From a virus (taxonomy: Duplodnaviria; Heunggongvirae; Uroviricota; Caudoviricetes): a DNA stretch of 64,000 nucleotides. The notes under the pieces were generated by a model, which saw only the letters and a list, made by a program, of their open reading frames with translations, did no database searches and had not been told where the DNA came from. Both the position numbers and the translations under genes were made by a program. Positions 51,407 through 60,610 of the stretch are shown here, piece after piece (position 1 is the first letter of the stretch; each line of letters starts with the position of its first letter). The DNA is taken from the IMG/VR virus record IMGVR_UViG_3300031088_000799. One strand, 5' to 3'.

Positions 51407-51781
51407 TTAATGAAAAGCATGATCAAACATATTATGGTTGTAAATTTGAGCAATTCTAGCATCATTATATTTGGAAATGTAATCTCCCATATATAACTCA
51501 TCTTCAATTGTTGGATCATACAAAACGCCAACATTTTCATATATTTCGTATAATTTATCAAGCATATATTCACGACAATCATCATCAATAAACGTTTGGC
51601 CATCTTGATTATGCTCATCTATGTAATAACGAAACTTTTTCATTACACTATTATATAGCTTCATCAATGCCTTTGTATTGAGAGCCAATAAGTCATTTTC
51701 AGTTTTAATGACTTTCCGGCCATGTTTAATCTCTGTTTCCAACATGCTTTTTGTCAAAACGCCAATCACAAGTTTTTTCAT
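51407..51781 (-). CDS. hypothetical protein
   Basis: 124-aa ORF, GAGG SD. Confidence 0.7.
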   Translation of the reverse strand: MKKLVIGVLTKSMLETEIKHGRKVIKTENDLLALNTKALMKLYNSVMKKFRYYIDEHNQDGQTFIDDDCREYMLDKLYEIYENVGVLYDPTIEDELYMGDYISKYNDARIAQIYNHNMFDHAFH

Positions 51782-51814
51782 ATTGACCTCTTAAATATTG
51801 TGAACTATTTAAAT

Positions 51815-51837
51815 AAAAAAAACACCCGAAGGTGTTT
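51815..51837 (-). terminator. terminator of tRNA operon
   Basis: Minus strand AAACACC-TTCG-GGTGTTT followed by T-run, just 3' of tRNA-Gly. Confidence 0.85.
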
Positions 51838-51842
51838 AAAAT

Positions 51843-51916
51843 TGGAGCGGAATACGAGGATCGAACTCGTGTAGCCAGCTTGGAAGGCTGGAGCACAGCC
51901 ACTATGCCAATTCCGC
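51843..51916 (-). tRNA. tRNA-Gly (TCC)
   Basis: GCGGAAT..CCAGC-CTTCCAA-GCTGG..GTTCGAT..ATTCCGC-TCCA cloverleaf with encoded CCA. Confidence 0.95.
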
Positions 51917-51941
51917 AATAAAGATTAAACATTACTTCCAG

Positions 51942-52157
51942 TTTGCTTATACTCGCTTTTGCAGTCCATAAAGATCCTGTGCTCTCGTCGGGAGTAGGCT
52001 TCCAGAGCCTTGCATAATTTCTTTGCTGAGTAATTGCTTAATCTAGTGAGGAACGGTCTTTCAACACGAACCACGTTATTTGTGACCCACTTAAGGGCTT
52101 GCAGTATAGGGTTTCCCCTTTAGCTAGGTAAGGCTACTGCTGCCTTTGCCAAGCAAA
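51942..52157 (-). ncRNA. candidate ~220-nt structured RNA of unknown family
   Basis: GC-richer, no long ORF, closing stem TTTGCTT/AAGCAAA, several internal hairpins including AGGG-GAAA-CCCT; inside tRNA operon. Confidence 0.5.
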
Positions 52158-52158
52158 T

Positions 52159-52288
52159 TGGTCTGCTTGTATTCGGACTCGAACCGAAGATCAACTCATC
52201 AATGAAACATTCAGCCCCGGAAGCCTTAGCTGTAGTTGACTAGTATACCACAACGATCATTAACTCATCAATAAACCTATTACAAGCA
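52159..52288 (-). ncRNA. tRNA-like RNA (acceptor stem + T-arm + CCA, expanded interior, no canonical anticodon arm)
   Basis: TGCTTGTA...TTCGG-TTCGAGT-CCGAA-TACAAGCA-GACCA. Confidence 0.7.
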
Positions 52289-52300
52289 CAAATCTTAATC

Positions 52301-52376
<76 letters not shown>

Positions 52377-52616
52377 ATAAAGTGTTTGCTGCTTCAATAT
52401 TGATAATACTACAGTAATCAGTTCTTGAAGTCAAGACTTTTTTATAATTTATTGCTTTATTTTTCTTTTAAATCAACACCTTTACTATACTAACGGAATT
52501 TTACAACAAAACAAATAGGCAAACTATCGGATTTAATTTTAAATTTGCTGTATTTAGAAAAATATCGTGTATATTAACAGTTAAGGAATGTAAAATCAAC
52601 CAAAGGAGATACATGA

Positions 52617-53300
52617 ATGAATATCAAAAAAATTGTGTTTAGTGCATTTTTAATAGCTTCTGCAACACCTGTTTTTGCTACTGAATTAAGAAGTATTCAA
52701 CTTGATGACTATAATTGTGAAGAATCATCTGATATAGCCGTTAAAGCCTGTCTAGAAACTACATTATCAAGAAGCGTTGCCAATTTAAGTGAAACTGAAC
52801 ATCATTTTAAAAAAGCTATTGAGGACAACAGTAATATAAGTGTTGAAGCAGCCAATATATTAAAAAATATTTTTAATGAAGAAAAAGCAGCTTATACAGC
52901 TTATTCCGAAAAACAATGCAATTTCAAAGTAGCTATTGAAAGTCAGCAAAATCCTGATGCAAAACTAGAAAAGTTATCACTTATCTGTCAAATCAATGCT
53001 ATAGACAATAGAATTGAAAAAATAACAGAATTTACTCACGATATTGTAAATGATTATGTAGCTAATAAAACAGCTTCTGACGAATCTAATAATGATTTAT
53101 CAGCTCCTGCTGATGATGCGGTTGAAGAAAGCACAACAGAATATTTAAATCCTGAAAATGCATCAATGGAAGAAGTAACAGAACCATCAGAAGTAGTTGA
53201 ACCAACTAATGACGTAGATACTACCATTATTGAATCAACGGATGCCACCGTACCCGATACTGAATCCGATTCAGAATCTGATATAGAAAACGATATTTAA
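52617..53300 (+). CDS. secreted LprI/DUF1311-like protein with acidic tail
   Basis: Signal peptide; C..(9)..C...AY.AY.EKQC...LICQ.....NRI pattern; D/E-rich C-terminus. Confidence 0.65.
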   Translation: MNIKKIVFSAFLIASATPVFATELRSIQLDDYNCEESSDIAVKACLETTLSRSVANLSETEHHFKKAIEDNSNISVEAANILKNIFNEEKAAYTAYSEKQCNFKVAIESQQNPDAKLEKLSLICQINAIDNRIEKITEFTHDIVNDYVANKTASDESNNDLSAPADDAVEESTTEYLNPENASMEEVTEPSEVVEPTNDVDTTIIESTDATVPDTESDSESDIENDI

Positions 53301-53310
53301 TCGCCAGCAT

Positions 53311-53339
53311 AAAAAAGGATAACTAAGTTATCCTTTTTT
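53311..53339. terminator. bidirectional intrinsic terminator
   Basis: AAAAAAGGATAAC-TAA-GTTATCCTTTTTT. Confidence 0.8.
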
Positions 53340-53366
53340 CTTTTCTGGTCTATTTAAAATCACATC

Positions 53367-55025
53367 TTATGTATTGAATTGAGCCACTAAATCATTTAGC
53401 TGCTTTGCTTTGTCTTGAAGTTTAGAAACCGTTTCCTCTGTTTTTTCAACTGTTTTCTGACTACGAATTGAACTATTACTTACTTCTTCGGCTGAACGAG
53501 CCATATCATGCGTAGCTACAGCTTGTTCTTTCGTAGCCAAATTAATAACTTGAACATTATCAAAAACTGCTTTCATATCTGTTTGAATACTATCAATTTG
53601 GCTCAATACATCATTGGCTAATTTCACACCATTTTCAACTTTATGATTAGTTTCATCCATTTTTTTAGTTGCACTAATAATTTGATTACTAATATCACTA
53701 ATGGTCTTAGAAATATTCAAAGTGGCTTCTGCTGTTTTACCAGCCAAATTACGGACTTCTTCTGCTACTACTGCGAAACCTCGCCCATGCTCACCAGCTC
53801 TAGCTGCTTCAATAGATGCATTAAGAGCTAGCAAGTTAGTTTGATCTGCAATACCATGAATAACAGTTACAATTTTAGAAATATCAAGTGATTTAACTTC
53901 AAGATTATGAATTAATACAGACAAATCATTAGCTGATGTTGTAATCTGCCCTACTTCAGAACTCAATAGTTTTACTGATGCTGTGCTTTTATTTGTCAAA
54001 CCATTAACATTTTCTACGGACTTAGTAGTGGTTTCAGTGCTATGAGAAATATTACCCATACTAGCTGTTAATTCTTCAATAGTTGCTGCAGATGCTGACG
54101 CCCTATCTGATTGTCCTTGTGCATCGTCCAAAAGATTATTCATCAATCCATTAATTGCCACTAACCCTGTAGTCAATTCATGTGTGTTGGTTTTAATGGA
54201 TGTGACTATTTCTCTTAATGTAATAATAAATAGATTAAAATTTTTAGCCATCTGCCCACTTTCATCATTATATTTAACAGGGATTTGATACGTTAGATCG
54301 GCATTACCTGAACCAAGCTGTTCAAATACCTTTACCATTTCCACAATAGGAGCAGTAATAACTCGACCTAAAATATAAGCAACAACGTTGATAAAGATAA
54401 TGGAAATACCAAACATAATAAGTACCGTGAAAATAACTCGCTCACGAATAGCATCTACATCAGCAAGGTTGATATCAGCAGCTACCACATAAGAAAATCC
54501 TGCTGCAGTCTTTTGAGGAACATAGATAGTCCTAAAATCACCCGTAGCTGAACTATATTCTTCAACAGATTCTTTATTTGTGCTTAATGCTCTACGAACA
54601 AATGCATCTGTTTCAGGTGCATCATATGGTTGTGCTGTATAATGTTTGGTGGGATCACTTAATTCCTGCTTACTTAAATTAGAAGTAATATATTTAATTT
54701 TACCATCTTTATCAATAAACATAGAATAAAGATAAGGCAAACCTAAATCACCAGAAAAATCACTAATTTCTAGTGCTTTGTCATGAGCCACAGTATCATC
54801 AATAGCAACATTACTGATAACATCATTTGTAAATTGTTCTGGAAGAATAGATTTATAATATTCTGTTGCAAATTTTAATCGACTATCAACGTAACCAATC
54901 TCACTGTTTACTGCAGAGGTATAGTAAAAATAACTAAACGCTGCCATGATAATAAATCCGACTGCAATAAAAGAAATCTGCAGCTTTGCTTTTATACTTA
55001 AATTATTAAACAGCTTCATATTCAA
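53367..55025 (-). CDS. methyl-accepting chemotaxis protein
   Basis: 2 TM + periplasmic domain + HAMP; [37 protein letters not shown]. Confidence 0.95.
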   Translation of the reverse strand: MNMKLFNNLSIKAKLQISFIAVGFIIMAAFSYFYYTSAVNSEIGYVDSRLKFATEYYKSILPEQFTNDVISNVAIDDTVAHDKALEISDFSGDLGLPYLYSMFIDKDGKIKYITSNLSKQELSDPTKHYTAQPYDAPETDAFVRRALSTNKESVEEYSSATGDFRTIYVPQKTAAGFSYVVAADINLADVDAIRERVIFTVLIMFGISIIFINVVAYILGRVITAPIVEMVKVFEQLGSGNADLTYQIPVKYNDESGQMAKNFNLFIITLREIVTSIKTNTHELTTGLVAINGLMNNLLDDAQGQSDRASASAATIEELTASMGNISHSTETTTKSVENVNGLTNKSTASVKLLSSEVGQITTSANDLSVLIHNLEVKSLDISKIVTVIHGIADQTNLLALNASIEAARAGEHGRGFAVVAEEVRNLAGKTAEATLNISKTISDISNQIISATKKMDETNHKVENGVKLANDVLSQIDSIQTDMKAVFDNVQVINLATKEQAVATHDMARSAEEVSNSSIRSQKTVEKTEETVSKLQDKAKQLNDLVAQFNT

Positions 55026-55162
55026 TAGTCCTCTAAAAAAATTGATGACATAATGCCATGATTTATATAAAAGTCAATGAAAAATATTTAAAAATGTGCA
55101 TTTAATAATATTTTATATTTACTGATAAAATGAAAGCCTTTTGTGTTGAGGCTTTCAGAAAT

Positions 55163-55696
55163 TTAACTATTTTTATTAATTTTGGGAAATCTAACAGAAA
55201 TAGATGATTTTTCAGTTAATTTTTGTTTTTCAACAGAATAATCTTGTCCCAATTGTGACTTCAATTTGTCTACTTTCAAGTCTTTTATACTATCAATAGC
55301 ACTCTTTTCTTGTTCATATTTTCCATATTCAATAGATTCAAAGTTTTGACTAAAATTTACAACATCATCAATTCTTTCAAAATGCCATTTTTTAAAGCGA
55401 GCTGAATCACCAGCAGAAACCATAATCATTTCATAGGGTTCAAAAATGTGAATATTTCCTTTCTCGGAAAATTCAATTCGTTCAGTTGGTTGAACTAAAA
55501 AGAACACAGAATTATCACTGCAAATAGATTTATTTACAAAATCTTGAGTTTTTTGATCAAAAACTCTAACGGTTGAATGTCTTTTATGTTGTGCAGAATC
55601 TATTTCATTGTCATTTAATAAGAAAGGTTTGACTTTTGAATATACAGTTTCCATATCAGCTTCTGCAATAAGTGCGGTATAAGAATTTATCTTCAT
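55163..55696 (-). CDS. hypothetical protein with basic C-tail
   Basis: 177-aa ORF; ends RFPKINKNS. Confidence 0.7.
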   Translation of the reverse strand: MKINSYTALIAEADMETVYSKVKPFLLNDNEIDSAQHKRHSTVRVFDQKTQDFVNKSICSDNSVFFLVQPTERIEFSEKGNIHIFEPYEMIMVSAGDSARFKKWHFERIDDVVNFSQNFESIEYGKYEQEKSAIDSIKDLKVDKLKSQLGQDYSVEKQKLTEKSSISVRFPKINKNS

Positions 55697-55754
55697 ATTG
55701 GTCCTATATTTTTTTACATTATAACATGATAAACATTATTTTAAACAAACTCTA

Positions 55755-56525
55755 TTAAATTGTATACATTAAAGCAGTCTCTAATTCATTTTTACTATAA
55801 CTTGTGAATTTTTTATTAAACGACTGATTAAATAACCCAATTTCATTATAATTGATAAACCTCTTTTTGAAGTAAAGTCCATCTTGCTCCATAATAATAA
55901 ATATACCTAATGAAAACCATGTCTTGATATTTGTATTAAATCCTAACATATAATGGTTAAGTGATACTCTCTTTCTGGAATAAAAATGATGTGGGGTAGA
56001 AGCTAACACCACTAAACCAGTAAGATTTCTTACTTTTTTAAAAATCGAATTTTGTACGTTGTTATATTGTTGAATTAACACTATTCTTAAATTTAATATG
56101 ATTAATAAAAAAACAGAAGCATATAAAAATTTATAGATAAATACAGCCATATAATTATTAGTTAATGATATGTTTATATCCATATATATTTTTAAAACAA
56201 GTAAATTAATAGATAAAATATAAAATATTTTAGGTAAGGTGTATAGTGTTTTTTTTACGTTGAAACTGCAATAGTATAAAAAACTAAAAAAATAGAAAAT
56301 AAAAAATATATTAAGTGTTAGAAAAAATACAGCTTCTAATATTCCAATAAAACTTTCACGAGGATCTATATAAGTAAAAATGATATTATTTGACTGACAT
56401 TTTCCAACCAGAGCAGCCAAAAGAAGTAATTTTGTAACATCATTAATTCTAACATAATTAATAGCTTTGATAATATCAGGCTTAATTAGTATCCATATTT
56501 TTTTCAAAGATAACAAAAAGGCCAT
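55755..56525 (-). CDS. multi-pass membrane protein carrying the C-terminal tag (..TALMYTI)
   Basis: About 4 TM segments, then FNKKFTSYSKNELETALMYTI. Confidence 0.7.
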   Translation of the reverse strand: MAFLLSLKKIWILIKPDIIKAINYVRINDVTKLLLLAALVGKCQSNNIIFTYIDPRESFIGILEAVFFLTLNIFFIFYFFSFLYYCSFNVKKTLYTLPKIFYILSINLLVLKIYMDINISLTNNYMAVFIYKFLYASVFLLIILNLRIVLIQQYNNVQNSIFKKVRNLTGLVVLASTPHHFYSRKRVSLNHYMLGFNTNIKTWFSLGIFIIMEQDGLYFKKRFINYNEIGLFNQSFNKKFTSYSKNELETALMYTI

Positions 56526-56526
56526 T

Positions 56527-57135
56527 TTATTGTCCCATTGCTTCTTTAACACTCATGTAACTAGAATTTTTAATCCATCCTTTATATGATTTATTCGTAT
56601 TCGGATTTATGTATTCAATATGGCTATAATCATCGTTCACTTCAATAATACCAAAACGGTCTTTGTTAACAATATAAACTTTTCCTTCTTTTTCATCTAG
56701 TAATGATGACTTTAAGTAAACTTTTTCATCTTTTGCTACTCCAATACCAATCCAATTCTTAGGCTCAAGTAATGCTACATCTAAACCATAAACAGCCTCA
56801 CTGGCAGAAGCACTTCCACACCCCGGATGTTCAGAAGCTAATTCTAGTAACATTGAATCTTTACTGTGGTCGAGCATGCCATCTATAATTTCGCTAGAAT
56901 AAGTTTTAATAGGAGTTTTCTCATTAATATTATCAGATAACTTACCTTCAAATAAAAAAGAGCAACGTCTCACAACACCTTCCCCCATTTCTTCAAAATA
57001 AAAACCTTCAATACGTTTATCAGGGGTTACTGCAATTTTAATAAATTCATATTGCCCAGAAATAAATTTATTGTCCGCATGAGCTGTTATAGCAACTGCC
57101 AATAGTGATAACCCTACAGAAATATGTTTAAACAT
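56527..57135 (-). CDS. secreted protein with probable C-terminal SH3b-like domain
   Basis: Signal peptide ..TAHA; VYLKSS...YIVNKD.F.II....YSHIEY...YKGWIK. Confidence 0.7.
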   Translation of the reverse strand: MFKHISVGLSLLAVAITAHADNKFISGQYEFIKIAVTPDKRIEGFYFEEMGEGVVRRCSFLFEGKLSDNINEKTPIKTYSSEIIDGMLDHSKDSMLLELASEHPGCGSASASEAVYGLDVALLEPKNWIGIGVAKDEKVYLKSSLLDEKEGKVYIVNKDRFGIIEVNDDYSHIEYINPNTNKSYKGWIKNSSYMSVKEAMGQ

Positions 57136-57231
57136 GAAAACCGCCTCTTATTATTTAAATTAAATTATATTTACTATATGATTTAAATTTATATTTTTCA
57201 AGTCGTTCATTGAAGTTAAATCGAAGGCAAT

Positions 57232-57254
57232 AAAAAACCACCTTGTGGTGGTTT
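57232..57254 (-). terminator. terminator of tRNA-fMet/ToxI-like transcript
   Basis: Minus strand AAACCACC-ACAA-GGTGGTTT followed by T-run. Confidence 0.85.
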
Positions 57255-57271
57255 AAATATTTACACTTAAC

Positions 57272-57343
57272 ATTTTTCAAGCTCGCACTTTGGGTGGCGA
57301 ATCACCTATTTTTCAAGTTCGCACTTATGGTAGCGTATCACCA
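57272..57343 (-). ncRNA. two tandem 36-nt ToxI-like (type III antitoxin) pseudoknot repeats
   Basis: Minus strand TGGTGATACGCTACCATAAGTGCGAACTTGAAAAAT and AGGTGATTCGCCACCCAAAGTGCGAGCTTGAAAAAT; both form an H-type pseudoknot and resemble the recalled ToxI repeat. Confidence 0.78.
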
Positions 57344-57349
57344 AAAATC

Positions 57350-57424
57350 TGGTTGCAGGGGCGGGAATCGAACCCGCGATCTTCAGGTTATGAGCCTAAC
57401 GAGATACCACTTCTCCACCCTGCG
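57350..57424 (-). tRNA. tRNA-Met (CAT), initiator-like
   Basis: CGCAGGG..TTAGG-CTCATAA-CCTGA..GTTCGATT..CCCTGCA-ACCA; C1:A72 mismatch and A11:U24. Confidence 0.93.
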
Positions 57425-57476
57425 ACTAAGTAGAATAGAAATATTCATTTAAAAATGTTTTCTATTTTGTTTTTAT

Positions 57477-57505
57477 ATAATACCTTAGATTTAAAATCCT
57501 GTCAA
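57477..57505 (-). promoter_or_regulatory. sigma70 promoter for tRNA-fMet/ToxI-like transcript
   Basis: TTGACA-17 nt-TATTAT on minus strand. Confidence 0.8.
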
Positions 57506-57523
57506 TATTTTTTTTTCATATTT

Positions 57524-58180
57524 TTAATAAACAATCATACTGAGAAATTCTTTGTAACGCTTTCTGTCATCAAGAACTTGCCCATTAACAATATCATTAA
57601 GATTTAAATGGTCAGAGCTTGAAATACTGGGATTAGCATTATAAATAGATGCCAATACAAAATCAGCTAAAATCTCAAACACAGTAAACTCTGTTGCAAG
57701 TGGATAACGAATTTTTTCACTGGCGACTGAAATAAAATCATCTTCCCACATTAACTCAATATGATGTTCATATCTATTTTTGGAAGTATTATTAGGATTG
57801 TAAGCCTTAAATGAATACAAGAAATCAAAACTAAATGATTTAAATGATAAGTCATTACTTAGATAGAGTGCAAACGTTAAATAATAGTTATTTACAAGAA
57901 TGTCAGCATTGTTTATTTGAGAAAAAATAAATTCACTGTTAAATAAAATTTTAATTCTATCATTGAATCTTTGAAAAATACCAAGTTCTGTGCCATGGTC
58001 ATTAACAAGGCAACCACAGGACATATGATGATCCATAGACATCGAAAAAGAATTACCCAATCCCATGTAACCTTCTGCAGATCGTTCAATTTTTTTTAAC
58101 CTGAACCCTTCTGTACAATAAGGAAAAACTGGTTGAAAATTTGATGATAAATCCATTCCATCAACAAAATACATGATCAA
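57524..58180 (-). CDS. hypothetical protein, C-terminal tag family (..FLSMIVY)
   Basis: 218-aa ORF, AGGAGG SD, shared motif. Confidence 0.75.
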   Translation of the reverse strand: MIMYFVDGMDLSSNFQPVFPYCTEGFRLKKIERSAEGYMGLGNSFSMSMDHHMSCGCLVNDHGTELGIFQRFNDRIKILFNSEFIFSQINNADILVNNYYLTFALYLSNDLSFKSFSFDFLYSFKAYNPNNTSKNRYEHHIELMWEDDFISVASEKIRYPLATEFTVFEILADFVLASIYNANPSISSSDHLNLNDIVNGQVLDDRKRYKEFLSMIVY

Positions 58181-58890
58181 ACCTCCTTCATAGCATGTAG
58201 TAGCAGATAATCATCTAATGTATCTAAACCAATTTCTTTATAATCCACACCCACAAGGTTACGATATTCTTTTTCAACAAAGTAATCAATGAAAAAAGCA
58301 AATGCTTGAATTTTCTTTTCCATTGAAAGTGAATTCATTAAATTTCTTACATGATTATCTTGAATAACAATATTAATCAAATTTAGATGGATGTCAAACA
58401 AAAAAGTAACATAAACAGACGGATAAGCATATGAAAAGAAAGCTGTTGTATGTCCAATAACAATATTACCCGTTGTATCATCTACTCTGATACTCATTTG
58501 ATCAATGCGTTCGTCTAACATCATTTCATAATGCTTAGGAGATATCTTTTCAAGTGCTACACAATAAGATTGTAAAAATTTTAATGACCCCAACGTCCTT
58601 TCTTGATAACCAAGCTTAGGTTGATTGAGTTGCTTATTCAAAATATTTGCAACTTTTAAATGATTCTTATCACTCCCCGGAGAAGGGATAAAGAAAATAT
58701 GTTCAGTCAAATATTTTTCATACAAACAAAACGTTCGCTGATAAGTTTCATTGGTGTCATTGAAATGAATAAGCGATTGAGGTTTACCACTTTCATGAAC
58801 ATACAGATGGACTCGCTCATCATCGTCTCTCAAATCTTCAAATGACAAGACATAATTTTTAACAATTTCTGCGACTTCATATTTATTCAC
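58177..58890 (-). CDS. hypothetical protein, C-terminal tag family (..LHAMKEV)
   Basis: Shares EKKI..AFF..YF....Y.E.....DYL.L..M with 58951..59652. Confidence 0.78.
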   Translation of the reverse strand: MNKYEVAEIVKNYVLSFEDLRDDDERVHLYVHESGKPQSLIHFNDTNETYQRTFCLYEKYLTEHIFFIPSPGSDKNHLKVANILNKQLNQPKLGYQERTLGSLKFLQSYCVALEKISPKHYEMMLDERIDQMSIRVDDTTGNIVIGHTTAFFSYAYPSVYVTFLFDIHLNLINIVIQDNHVRNLMNSLSMEKKIQAFAFFIDYFVEKEYRNLVGVDYKEIGLDTLDDYLLLHAMKEV

Positions 58891-58950
58891 AAGTTAACCC
58901 CTTTTTTGATACCTTATTATACCAAAATGAGACATCAAAGTAAAGAAAAG

Positions 58951-59652
58951 TTAAATATTAACCATTCTGTAAAGTGTTAAATAATCACGAATTTCTTCAA
59001 AAGAGAGTTCTTCATAGTTAAGTTTTAATTCATGCCTTAACAAAGAGCTTCTAAAATATACATTAAAGAAAGCAAAGATAATCTTTTTCTCATCTAATGG
59101 ATTATTTTTAAATTTCTCTAACTCTTTATGCTGATAATATACATCAATAATTTTAAACGATTGATCAAATACTGCTTTAAATCCCGTATCATAAGTTAAA
59201 ACATGAAATAACTTAACAATACCATCAACAAATTTTAAATTAATTTTATAAAGACTTTTACGATTATCAGCAAAAGGGCTGTCTAATCCCATACACGAAT
59301 ACAATTCCGCATGCATACAACGAAGAAATTGCATTTGAGTAATAATTCTATCTTTTGCAGGGTAATTTGAAATATAATAAAGAAAATTACCAACGCCTGT
59401 AAACGAATAAGTCGCCAGATCAGATGAGTTAATTTGATTAAAAACATGAATTTTATGAAGTTCCTCAATATAAATATCAGGTGTTGAGATACTACCAGTC
59501 TCATCATCTTTTCTACTTAAATACTTAATATTTTGAATGAATTCATGCTCACTGGATTGCTGAACCAACTGCAGATAATCTACAAGTGATAATGTATACT
59601 CACCATCAATGTTAGCAAAAATAAAATCATCAAAATTCATGATAAACTCCAT
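58951..59652 (-). CDS. hypothetical protein, C-terminal tag family (..LYRMVNI)
   Basis: Paralog of 58177..58890. Confidence 0.78.
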   Translation of the reverse strand: MEFIMNFDDFIFANIDGEYTLSLVDYLQLVQQSSEHEFIQNIKYLSRKDDETGSISTPDIYIEELHKIHVFNQINSSDLATYSFTGVGNFLYYISNYPAKDRIITQMQFLRCMHAELYSCMGLDSPFADNRKSLYKINLKFVDGIVKLFHVLTYDTGFKAVFDQSFKIIDVYYQHKELEKFKNNPLDEKKIIFAFFNVYFRSSLLRHELKLNYEELSFEEIRDYLTLYRMVNI

Positions 59653-59706
59653 AAAATGAAAGATTATTTTATCAAAATATTAAAATTAAAGCAAGAAAAA
59701 ACCTTC

Positions 59707-60513
59707 TTATGAAGGCTTTATTTTATGACTATTTTTTTGTTTATCTTTTAATGTATTTAAACAATACACCCTTGCGGTATCTAAAGTCTCATCTATAAAT
59801 TTTGAAAAATTTTCACTTGTAAAAGCAACAACCTGATGATGAAGGTTCCCATCTTCACCTGTATTCACAATGTCTGCCCAACTGTCGTATTTAGGACATG
59901 AAACAACTAATTTTGGAACTTCTATATCTACTGTACTTTCAAATAATTTAACATGATTAGTATTAAGTGAATTTAAGACCCCCTGTGCCAAAATAATTCC
60001 CGCGATTTCGTCATTAAAAGGTTCACCATCAGATAAGTTTGAAATATTACTCTCAATATTATCTACTGACATTTTTCTTTGATAATTATCCAATTCAAAA
60101 TTTTTCACAGCCTGTATAACAGCATCCACTGGATTAACAAATGTCTTTACTTCATCATCATTAATCATATAACGAGAGACATGTTCATCATCTGTAACAT
60201 TGTTTACATACAAGATAGAAGGAACACCAAAATGATGACCTTCTGGCGTTGGTATTTTGTAAATTTCAACAACTAAGAATTTAACATCATTCAATGTTTC
60301 AGGATGATCTTGATTACTAATCAGTATTAATTCTTTTACGTTGGTAAGTTCATCATAAACAGATAACCCAGCATAAGGGAATTTACCAGAACTATCACGA
60401 CTTACCATCTGAGTAGAATAAGGCATCTGTTCTTTATTTAATTCATCTATGTAGATATCGACTATTTTTTTTGTGTTGTTTTCCATAAATAAGTCTACTT
60501 GTTCAATATTCAT
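59707..60513 (-). CDS. hypothetical protein with basic C-tail
   Basis: 268-aa ORF; ends KQKNSHKIKPS. Confidence 0.7.
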   Translation of the reverse strand: MNIEQVDLFMENNTKKIVDIYIDELNKEQMPYSTQMVSRDSSGKFPYAGLSVYDELTNVKELILISNQDHPETLNDVKFLVVEIYKIPTPEGHHFGVPSILYVNNVTDDEHVSRYMINDDEVKTFVNPVDAVIQAVKNFELDNYQRKMSVDNIESNISNLSDGEPFNDEIAGIILAQGVLNSLNTNHVKLFESTVDIEVPKLVVSCPKYDSWADIVNTGEDGNLHHQVVAFTSENFSKFIDETLDTARVYCLNTLKDKQKNSHKIKPS

Positions 60514-60610
60514 ATTATAACATAAAATTGAAATAAAAAAATAAAATTTAGTTTTTATTTATCATATTATTGTGTTATAATGAATAGTAACAAATCAACG
60601 ATAGCATAAA

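Noticed and set aside
51942-52157. RNase P RNA, group I intron or pistol ribozyme
   Set aside because: Conserved cores were not found in the correct order; only short partial matches.
52159-52288. tmRNA or hammerhead ribozyme
   Set aside because: Too short and no tag ORF for tmRNA; TTGATGAG lacks the CTGANGA...GAAA core geometry.
57272-57343. Possible mini-CRISPR array (36-nt repeats)
   Set aside because: Repeats are contiguous with no spacers and there are no cas genes; the pseudoknot and ToxI similarity explain them better.
57243-57452. 69-aa plus-strand ORF (also the 68-aa ORF at 51726..51932)
   Set aside because: They overlap tRNA genes and RNA repeats; spurious.
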